Origin: Vairimorpha necatrix
Lineage: Eukaryota
Direction of reading: 5' to 3'
Assembly (NCBI GenBank): GCA_036630325.1
Contig: CP142726.1
Span: 1,240,001-1,304,000, forward strand
DNA: 64,000 nt
Below the pieces are notes generated by a model. The model had not been told where the DNA came from and made no database searches. It worked only from the letters and a program-made list of their open reading frames with translations. Shown here piece by piece: positions 1-9,976 of this stretch (position 1 is the stretch's first letter; each line of letters begins with the position of its first letter). The translations under genes and the position numbers were made by a program.

Positions 1-2
1 GA

Positions 3-1469
3 TTTTATAGTTGGAATTCGCGCTTATTTTTTGAAGAGCGCAATCATAAACGTGAAGAGGATTTGTTAACAAATATTAAATGTGAAAAAAGTCTCCCATT
101 AAAGATTCTTGTTGATGAATATGAGAAAGAGCTGGCGAAAATTTGGAAGAAGAAAAAAATAGATAATTTTTTTCTAGTGTACAACGTTGAAGATTTAAAC
201 AAGTACATAGATTCTAGTGAATCAATAACATTTAAAGAAGTTATAGAAGAAATTAGAAAAAGAAATAACGAAAGAAAAGAAACAAAAACCAAAGTTCAAT
301 TTTATTTTAAAGAAATTTATGAAGGAGATAAGTATAAGGAAAAGCATTTTTTTGACATGATTAGATGTGAACCATATTTTAAGTTTAATTATTGGGCGTC
401 CCCGTCTAGTACAAACACGCAGCCCAATTATTGTTCAAAAACAGAAATCCTTGACGGCATTTTATTTAGGATAAAAATAAACGAAACTCACTATTGTTTT
501 GAACTTTCTAAGAAAGAAATAATTAACATTGTAAAAGAGTGTCTAAATGAGAAAGAAGTTATATATCAGATGTGTTTTGATTTATACGAAGATACTTTAT
601 ATATTAAAGATTCTGATAAAATTTTGGATTTATTTGCAGAGTATAAATCGTATGGTTTAAAAAGTATACCTCGATACACGAAAAACTGCGAATTAAATAA
701 TTTAGTAAAAGATAAACAAGATATACTTCAATGGTATAAGAAAAATAATATCTCAAATTACACAGATCAGAATTTTGATTTTGAAAGTATGAAATATTTG
801 GAAAAAATCAAAGATCTAGCAGAAAGTTTAAATCTTAAAAGAATTGAGGCATTTGATATATTATTGAAAAGTGAAGAAATTGGGATTCTCATAGAAAAAG
901 TTCTTCTAAGATCGGGAGCTCGCTTGGATGCATTATTTGGATATTTATTAGTAGTCGAGAAAATAATTAGCAGAGATGATTTAAATAACTACATAAATAA
1001 TATCTTAGATTATAAAAATAGCATTATACTCAAGTTATCTGACAGAATGAATAGAAAATTCAGTTTAATTGTGATTTATCTATTTTTCGAAGCAGAAAGA
1101 TATATTAATGAACAAGAGGTGGTCGGGAAAACTTTTCAAATTTTGAAAGAAATTGGAAATATTATGGAAAATGGTTCGATTAAAAGCGGAAAAGGACCAA
1201 ATCAAACGATCCAATATTTAAATCTGGTTGATATTATGAATAAAGTTTTCGCAAAACAAAGTGAAAATATTGAAGTTTATGGAATATATAATATATACAA
1301 TATTATTTCACTATTAGCAGATTCTAATTCTCGACTTGATAGATTTTATTTAACAAGATACAAGGAAAAAGTGGATAAAAATGGTATTATTAAAAACCTT
1401 AAGCTTGACGAAAATAAAGTAAAAGAAGATAACAAGAAAATGATGGACAAACTAAAGGGATCTATCTAA
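3..1469 (+). CDS. Lineage-specific multigene-family protein, copy A (5' end outside the window)
   Basis: The frame is open from the window edge (FYSWNSRLFFEERNHKREEDLLTNIK) and aligns with paralog 3602..5200 (FHTRTSRQ...NYLYTNIK). The TTG at 63 is therefore not the true start. No recognisable domain. Confidence 0.85.
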   Translation, partial: FYSWNSRLFFEERNHKREEDLLTNIKCEKSLPLKILVDEYEKELAKIWKKKKIDNFFLVYNVEDLNKYIDSSESITFKEVIEEIRKRNNERKETKTKVQFYFKEIYEGDKYKEKHFFDMIRCEPYFKFNYWASPSSTNTQPNYCSKTEILDGILFRIKINETHYCFELSKKEIINIVKECLNEKEVIYQMCFDLYEDTLYIKDSDKILDLFAEYKSYGLKSIPRYTKNCELNNLVKDKQDILQWYKKNNISNYTDQNFDFESMKYLEKIKDLAESLNLKRIEAFDILLKSEEIGILIEKVLLRSGARLDALFGYLLVVEKIISRDDLNNYINNILDYKNSIILKLSDRMNRKFSLIVIYLFFEAERYINEQEVVGKTFQILKEIGNIMENGSIKSGKGPNQTIQYLNLVDIMNKVFAKQSENIEVYGIYNIYNIISLLADSNSRLDRFYLTRYKEKVDKNGIIKNLKLDENKVKEDNKKMMDKLKGSI

Positions 1470-2194
1470 GAAAAAAAAATAAAGGTCTTTTTTAAACATT
1501 TAATTTAACATTTATTGCGGTTAGATCTATGTATTTTTAATGTTTATTTTTCCTTCTGATTATCAAGTTTTATAAATTGTTTGTACATTTTAAAAAAATA
1601 TTTTAAATTATACTACATCTCTGCAGTCAAATAGCATATAAATTTCAGGTTAAAAAACGAATGAATTGTGTTGCAGGATCGCAATTTATCGGATTTATCT
1701 TAAGAGCATAGTATTAAATCTGTTTATATGAGTGCAGCTTTCTCTGACATCTCTAGCATGTTATTATATGCAATTCAAATAGCCTCCCAAGACATAATAG
1801 AGACTAAATAATAATTCTATAATTATAACTCAATCAAGTTAAAAATTTGTGTTTTGCACCAACCCCTGGCATTGCGCATATTTATTGTTCTATTTTACAA
1901 CCGTTTTCCATGTCGTGACGCATAAGCAAAACATACCTTCAATAATGCAATAGATCTACAAGTTGTTTTTAAAATTTCCATATCCATCATGTTAAGCCTT
2001 TAAAAATTTTTTAGGCTTTCTTGCGCGTTATTATTCTTTTTATATCAGAATTTTCGTTCTATTGTTTGTACAAACGAATTTTTTACCTTTGTAGGTCCCA
2101 ACTGTGTTTTTTGCCTATACTGTCATACACGCACTATAGTTTTATCGGACAATATTATTGTTATTGTATAATAAAATTTGAACCCCCAGCCTTT

Positions 2195-3297
2195 GGCGCT
2201 TCTTTGGTATTTGCTGAATCCAAGACAACTCCCTTGTAATAGAAAAAATAGAAGAAATAGGAAAAAATAGTAGAAATATAATTTAGTTAAATAAATTTGA
2301 TAATAAATCAATATCACAACCAAGAAACTCATTTAATCGTCACCTTTACAATAACTTTTACGTGACATAAATTCAATAAGCCAAGTATCTATTTCTATAC
2401 GCTTAATTATGTTCTTTGGCATTGCAGATTTTACTTGCACTAAATGCTCTATATTGTTGGTATAGATTCCAACTAGAGATCTAAACTCGATAGAGAGGTT
2501 TACAGCCCTATGCACGAGGCAAAAATTTCGAATCACACCTAGATAACTTGGATGACCATCAATATGTAAAATTGAACCTATTCCTATTTTACACTTATAA
2601 GTCTCTGTCGAACACTCGGCGGTCTTACTCTCCGCTCTTTTAATTTTAAAGTTTTTTTTTTTTTTTTTTTGGGGGGGGGGGGGGTGAGAATATCAGCTTT
2701 TATATTGCCTAATATCCAAACTATGTCAGAAATTTAATCGTCTGAACTTGTTAAATATCTTATTTTACATTTTCTACAATTAATTTACTCATCAAGTAGG
2801 ACAATTTTAGCAGTCCACCAATAATTAGACTAAAGACATGCATTTCTAAAAAAAATTTTTAATAAGTTTTTTTTTCATAAACACCTTCGATAATGATACT
2901 TCCAATTATACTTCTAATGAAAAATAGCTACTTCTACATAGAATTAGATATATACATTCGCAGTAATCATTCGAGGGCAACTTGCTTACTTTATTTACTA
3001 ATAATTTTGCACTTTGCGAATGGTCGTATGCCTGTATACTGCGCTTCTAATCTCTTCTCATTGAATATTACTCATTTCACAACTTCACTGCATTTAAAAC
3101 ATATTTTCTGTTCAATCAACACGTATAACTCAATCAATGATTCTAAACAATTGTCAATACTGTAAAAAGGCCTCTGTACTGGCTTGATTTTTTCGTGCTT
3201 TTCTTCGGTATTTGATTAAAAATTCAATATTCAAATTTTTTTATTAAGGATTCGGAATTTTTTAATAAAAATTCCGATCAAAGATCAAAAAGCGCCC
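2195..3297 (-). mobile_element. Degenerate Merlin (IS1595/ISXO2-like) DNA transposon
   Basis: Minus-strand fragments read CFKC, IGG..KIVLLDE, VWILG and GSILHIDGHPSY..HRAVNLS..GIYTNNIE. These match ISXO2 motifs (DE, TD.W.SY, H..VNHS, HTN.IE). Ends are imperfect inverted repeats: GGCGCTTCTTTGG at 2195 and TCAAAAAGCGCC at ~3285-3296. Many stops; no clear TSD. Confidence 0.75.
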
Positions 3298-3601
3298 TTT
3301 TAATCTATTTTTTAAGGTATTTATTAAAAAACCTTTTATCTACTAGACCAAGAAAAAAAAATTCTGAAAAGTTTAAAGGATCGTATATATTTAAATAATT
3401 GCAATACAATACTTTAATATCTGTTTTCTTTGCTAATATACATTTGTTTTTTTAACTTCAAAAGTGCTTAAAATTTTTTGTCTCCTTTTGCTACTTTTTT
3501 ACAATATTTTTTAAAATTATAAAAAAAAGTAACACGCTCTGAAAGAAAGCTTTGGGCATTCTGCTCTTTTTTTAATATAAATAATTTTTTTTGACCCCAT
3601 T

Positions 3602-5200
3602 ATGCTTATCATGCATTTCTTTTTAATGATTCTTTTTGCACAAGCAAATCATAAATTGTTTTACGAAACCATAAAGAACTGGTGGAACGAAAAAATTAAA
3701 TGTGGGGATTATTGGCCACTTGATACTACAAAAATATATTATCAAGCATACATAAAACCAAGATTCCAAAATTCCGACGGATTTCATACTCGGACTTCGC
3801 GCCAATCTTTTGTATGGAGCATATACGAACATGAAAACTATTTGTATACAAATATTAAATATGAAAAAAGTTCTGCATTAAAGATTCTTGTTGATGAATA
3901 TGAGAAAGAGCTGGCGAAAATTTGGAAGGAGAAAAAAATAGATAATTTTTTTCTAGTGTACAACGTTGAAGATTTAAACAAGTACATAGATTCTAGTGAA
4001 TCAATAACTTTTAAAGAAGTTATAGAAGAAATTAGAAAAAGAAATAACGAAAGAAAAGAAACAAAAACCAAAGATCAATTTCATTTTAAAGAAATTTATG
4101 AAGAAGATAAGTATAAGGAAAAGCATTTTTTTGAGATTATTAGGAACGAGTCAGAAATGAACATTGGTAGCGAAAAATACAGAAATAGTTCATACACGAA
4201 CCTCACTTATTACTCTAAAAAAGCTGTAAAATATGACGGCATTTCATTCAGTAGGTTTTTAAACAATATTCACTATTGCTTTTATATATCCAATAAAGAA
4301 ATACTAGACATAGTTAAACGGCGTTTAAAAGAAAAAGAGTCCATTTACCGGATGTGTTTTGATTTATATGAAGATATTTTTTTTGTAAGAGATCCAAGCA
4401 TAATTGCTGATTTTTTTACAAGTAAAAAGGGGGATATTTCATGTGTTACACGCCCTTGCATGAAAGACTGCGAATCAACTGAATTAGTAAAAGATAAACA
4501 AAGTATACTGCAATGGTATATTAAAAATGATATTAAAATTCCTACAGATCAGAAATTTTATCTTGAAAGTATGGAATATCTTGAAAGAATCCACGGTCTA
4601 ATAAAAAATACAAACTACAAAGTGATCGATGCATTCAATATATTATTGAAAAGTAAAGAAATTGAGATTCTCATAGAAAATATTTTTATGAGATCAGGAG
4701 ATCGGCCGGATGCATTATTTGGATATTTTTTAGTCAAAGACAACATAATAACCAAATATGATTTAAATGACCTATTAAAGAAAAAAGTTTTTCATAAAAA
4801 TCGCATTACACCAAAGATATCTAACAATATGAGGACAAAATGTAATTTAATTAAGATATTTCTATTTTTTGAAGCGGAAAGATATATAAATGAACAAGAG
4901 GTCGTCGGGAAATCTTTTGGAATTTTGAAAGAAATTGGAAATACTATGGAAAATGATTTGGTTGAAAGCGGAAAAGGGCCAAATCAAACCGCCCATTTGA
5001 ATTTAATCGATATAATGAATACAGTAATTGCAAAACAAAGTGAAAATATTGAAGTTTATGGAACATATAATATATTTAATATTATTTCACTATTAGCAGA
5101 ATCAGAATTTCAGGAAAAAAATAATTATAAAACAGAATACATGAAAGATGCAAATAAAAATGATATTATTAAAAACTTAACATTGAAGAAACTAAAATAA
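3602..5200 (+). CDS. Lineage-specific multigene-family protein, copy B, putative signal peptide
   Basis: 532-aa ORF with CCCC just before the ATG and a hydrophobic N-terminus (MLIMHFFLMILFAQA). Paralogous to copy A. The C-terminus is frameshifted relative to A. Confidence 0.85.
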   Translation: MLIMHFFLMILFAQANHKLFYETIKNWWNEKIKCGDYWPLDTTKIYYQAYIKPRFQNSDGFHTRTSRQSFVWSIYEHENYLYTNIKYEKSSALKILVDEYEKELAKIWKEKKIDNFFLVYNVEDLNKYIDSSESITFKEVIEEIRKRNNERKETKTKDQFHFKEIYEEDKYKEKHFFEIIRNESEMNIGSEKYRNSSYTNLTYYSKKAVKYDGISFSRFLNNIHYCFYISNKEILDIVKRRLKEKESIYRMCFDLYEDIFFVRDPSIIADFFTSKKGDISCVTRPCMKDCESTELVKDKQSILQWYIKNDIKIPTDQKFYLESMEYLERIHGLIKNTNYKVIDAFNILLKSKEIEILIENIFMRSGDRPDALFGYFLVKDNIITKYDLNDLLKKKVFHKNRITPKISNNMRTKCNLIKIFLFFEAERYINEQEVVGKSFGILKEIGNTMENDLVESGKGPNQTAHLNLIDIMNTVIAKQSENIEVYGTYNIFNIISLLAESEFQEKNNYKTEYMKDANKNDIIKNLTLKKLK

Positions 5201-6129
5201 AAGAAGACAACAAAAAAATCAGGGATCAACTTGCGAGAACTAGCCAATAAAGAAAAAAAAAATAAATGTCTGTTTTGTATATACTATATTTATTCTGATT
5301 TGCTCTAAAATCTTTTGATATTTTTAATTTTTTATGTATAAACTTCTCTAATTACATAAGATTTATGGAATTGTCTTTTTTTACACGTCAAAAATACAAA
5401 ATTTTATAATGTACATTCTCTTCCGTCAAATAGCACAATAAAGGTTAATTTAAAAAAGCGAATGAAGTATGTTGCACTATCGTAATTTATCGGACTACCC
5501 GTAACGCTCTATAAATCTGTTTGTTTGGGAGCTCCTTCATCTGGCAATTTCTAGCATATTATTATATGCACTAACAGTAGTGACTCTCAAAAACTCGATG
5601 AAGATTAAATAGTAATTCTATATTTTTATATAACTCAATTAGGTATAGACATTTGTGTTTTTCACCAAACCTATGACATTGGTATAATTATTTTTCTATT
5701 TTACAACTGAATTCCGTGTCGTGACGTGTGAAACAATTTAAAAAGCAAAAATACAATATATCTTCATAATTTGATATCAATTTTCCGTATCTGCTGTTGT
5801 ATAGCTCTTAAAATTTTTGTATGCTTTCTTGCGCGTTATTTCTTTTTTTTAGTATTTCATTCTATTAGTTGTACAAATATTTTTTATCTAAAAGAATCTT
5901 ATGACTGTGTTTTTAAAGCGTATACTGTTATTTACACTATACTTTTGTTAAGCAATATTACGTTTAATTCTTAAAATAAAATTTGGAGAAAAAATCGGTT
6001 GGAAACTACTTAGATGGCCAAAAATTCAATGAAAAATTTGTTTTAGAAAAATGTCTTTTTCAAAAAAGATGTTATTGGAAGGAAAGATATAAAAATTTAT
6101 TAATATTAAAAAAATAACTATCACAACGA

Positions 6130-6570
6130 AAATGTTTTTGATGTGGCTTAAACAAGCTCAGTCAGAATAACATGTTTTTATTGAGAGGTAAATAGAAAAA
6201 ATGCAAACAGCTTCTCTCTCTATTTAAGAAAATAATATGTTTTACAATACACCTAAAAATAATCACAATATGAGACAAAATAGCTTTGATAATTTATAGC
6301 GGAAATTTATATGCAAGTTGAAAATATACTAGTTTTACATTTGGCAAGCTAGATAAATAAAATTAAATGAAATATTTTGAAAAATTTAAAAATAGAGCAA
6401 ATTTGTAGAGTAGAAAGCTAAATCAAAAGGGGGAAATAAGTATCACAGGAAAAGCTTCAAGGGAGGTTTAGTCTTTTGTAATGGTATAGGACAATAACCT
6501 CTAAATGTTCAATTGGCAGAAGAGAAAAAATCGCAGTACTCCATTGCGCAATTATATTTATCAGAATTCT
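6130..6570 (+). mobile_element. Highly decayed Merlin-like transposase fragments
   Basis: Broken-frame similarity only: ES..KRGK.KYHR..GG.VF near 6410-6480 and NRKNANS.L near 6190. Confidence 0.3.
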
Positions 6571-6829
6571 AGTGATTCTATAATTTTTTTGTGAAAGGCG
6601 TGCTTTTTTATTGTAAATTTTATTATAAAGAGCACAATAATGTAAACTACGCTCTTTCAGTTGTAGAAAATAAAACAGCTGTATATGCTAATTCTAGGAA
6701 AAACAAATAACGTCTATAAAACTACTATGATAAATGAAGATGAAAACTTCTTGCATATTTTTCTATATTTGACTTTATTTTTTTCATAAGTAGAATCTAA
6801 AAAAAAATAAATATATATATATTTCTTTT

Positions 6830-6995
6830 GAAAGCCTAACTATGTCAGCCAGACATGGGCTTGATACAGATCAGGAAGGGGTCTTCGAGAGCCCAATGAG
6901 TGAATCTCGGAAGGAAGTCCTGGAACCGCCAGATGAGACTGCAAGCGGATCTTGTGAAAAATAATTAATAAGCCGAATATTATACCCAAATAAAT
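6830..6995 (+). mobile_element. 5'-truncated 3' end of an RLE non-LTR retrotransposon
   Basis: Close match to the reverse complement of ~60990-61157 and similar to 12443-12615. Flanked by a 16-bp direct repeat TATATATATTTCTTTT (6814-6829, 6996-7011). Confidence 0.85.
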
Positions 6996-8399
6996 TATAT
7001 ATATTTCTTTTTGGCGGAAATGTTTTATGTATTCCTACATGTACTACATTTTTTTTAATTATTATTCACACTTTAAAAACCAAGAAAGGTATTTTTTAAT
7101 TTTTTTTTTTTTCAACTGGAATTTATCCAAAATATGTAGTTTTAGCACTACTTAATTGAAGTATAAAAAACTATATACAAACTTAAAAAAAATTTAAGCG
7201 AGTAAACCTAATAGTGATTTTAATGTATACACCCACAATTTAGTATGATCTTCATGTGAATAATATAAAAAATAATTATAATAATGCTATTTAAGATCGC
7301 GAGCACAGGTGGTTACTTGGGCCGGAATAGTTACAAAAAAAAGAAGTTTCTTTCTAAAATCATGCTCAAAAGAAGGTATGAAATACAATTATGAGCTGTT
7401 CCACATGTTTATCACATAAACTTATACAAATATCACTAAATTTTTTAATTAAATAAAAAACAAAAAAATATTTATATCATTTAAATAAATACATTTTTCA
7501 TAAAAATTTATTTTACTGTTATTTTCAATTTTTTATTCTGACTTAGTGCACTAGAAATATTTAAAATTTATATATTTTTTATCAAACTTTTTAAAGCATG
7601 ACATCTATTTAAATACTTATCTTGAAATTATAAAATATTTTTATCATTTGAGATGTTTAATATAACGCCAAATACTTTTATTTTACAAGTAAGAATATAC
7701 ATATATATTTACTTCATTATTTTTTTTACACGAGCTATTAAATTCTCAGTGGTTTTTTAGAAAAGTTGCAAATGTCGAAAAGTTAAAATTAAAAAACACA
7801 ATAAATTTATAAATATTAAGGGTTGGTCTAGAATAACATAATCAGAGTATAAATCTAGATAGTTCTTGCAAAATTAATTGTACTATAAAAAATAGAATAA
7901 TCTATAAGTAAATTACAACGATTGTATTTAATTTGGTATATTAATCGTACATATTTAATTATGTTGAATCTAATTAACGCTAGAATAATTTTAAAATGTA
8001 TAATAAAAATATCAAGTTTTAATTTAAAAATTAATTATAAAAAAAATGACCTAATTATCAAAGCTTGTCATTATTTTTACCAAATTTATTGGGTGATTTC
8101 TTCGGAATCATAAAACTTAACTTTTAGCCGATTAGAAAATATAATTGACGTTACTTCTCCTATTTCAGATTAAAACGAGCTAAATTTAACCTTTTTGTTT
8201 TATTATTAGTGTTAAAATTCTTTTTTAATTTACTTTATCGATAAAACGCTATCAATACAAATTTTGAACACATTTTTTTGTCCTTTCTTAACAGAAATTT
8301 TTCGTCGACCAAAGATCTATTTTCACGCATAAACTCAAAATTTAAGTCCTCATTGTCATTTCCCCATCGTCGTCACTGCTTTTACAAGTGTTATATCCC

Positions 8400-9245
8400 T
8401 TTCTTCAAAAAAATAATTCAAATAGAGATTTTTGTGTAGAATGTACTGCGGCGCTGTATTATAAACAGTATGTCGATGAATAAGGCCAATTTTTTATTTG
8501 AACTGAATTCTCGTAGAGATGTTTTTTCAAGTATCGAGCAAGAGTTTTATTCTTCGGCTGCACCTTGATTCTGAGGATGCCTGTATCTGTCATGAACTAG
8601 TAAATTTTCATTCATTCTGTAGAATTCGGATGAAAGTGAATTTCAATTTTTATCATTATCGCGCGAAGTTCACTGGAAAACCATACTGATTAAAATTTTA
8701 TTTCAAATAAAATAAAACTTCTTAAGCCGTTTAAACTTTATTACAGAAATAAATTATACTTAGTATACACATTTTTAGCTGTTAGCAACCGACTATATCC
8801 TTCGTTTTGGTCGACATAGAAAGTCATGCCCCCCAGGTTGACGTGGTCCACTCAAAGAGCCTTTTAGTTAATATGCGATTGTAGTTTTCTTACGTTTTTA
8901 ATGGCTTTTCATATGAACAAACCTTGCACTCTTTGCATACCTCTTGTACAATACTTCTTAAGATATTAAAGTAAAATTGCTGATACAACTCATATAGACG
9001 ATTGTGTCCATGTAGAGTTTGTATTTCTTTTTTCAAGGAATGAACCATACTCTCTACAACTACTATTTTTTTTGCGAGCCAGAAATATCCCCCAAAAAAG
9101 AGTATATTATCTGCAAAAAGGTGCTTTTCGAGTCTTTTTATGGCCCATGCCTCACTTGATTGTCAATGATTGCATTAAAATCATGTCATTGCAGTATTTT
9201 CACATGAAGATCATACTCTTCTTATGTTTGATTCCTTTCATTATA
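8400..9245 (-). mobile_element. Degenerate DDE integrase (Ginger2/KRBA2-like) remnant
   Basis: Minus strand reads HGHNRLY..YFNI.RSIVQEVCKECKVC (HHCC-type), QNEGYS.LLT...VYTKY, YGFP, RHPQNQGAAE, KTLARYL and YNT. Multiple stops and frameshifts; no adjacent RT. Confidence 0.75.
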
Positions 9246-9976
9246 GAACTTAAAAAATTATTTACAAAAAAAAAATTTTTTTAATTTTCTAATTTATTTT
9301 TCTCAAGCTATATAGCATAGTGGTTCATTTTATGACTTTGTCCCTATAACATGTTGGTACGATTTTCAATTGATAAAAAGTAGTGCAAAGAAAAAATAAT
9401 TATTGGCAACAGAACTAATTGTAATGTTGTAAAAAATTTTGAAATAAGATCTTAAAATTAAAATAAAAAAATCATACAAAAAAATACGGAAACCCACCCG
9501 TTTCGGGTAACCTTCGAGGCTAGTGACATTCATTTTACGAAATGTACAAAGAGGAATAATTTAGTTGAATAACAAAGAAGAAAAGTTATATAAAAATTAA
9601 AAAAACCAAAAAAAAATAGAGTTCCAGATTGTAATAGATCATGGTAAATGCAAAATTTTATCTATAAATAATTCGTCTGTTTATTTTCCTTGGCACCTGT
9701 AGATATTAAAAACAAATTAAGTAAAATGATTGTTTATTCAAATTTATGAAATCATACCTTATAAGACTATACAATTGTATGACTTTTGAGTAACACATAA
9801 ATACTACCAATTATCTTCAATAACTTACACATTGTTTTAGATCAATGTATGCTCCAAATTTCAATTTAAAACCTGATTATTAAAATTTTAGAAATTTGCT
9901 ACAAATCATTAAAAACTACTAAAATGAGTATCTATTCATTCTAAAAAACAAATAAATATGTTTTTGGTTATAAGAA

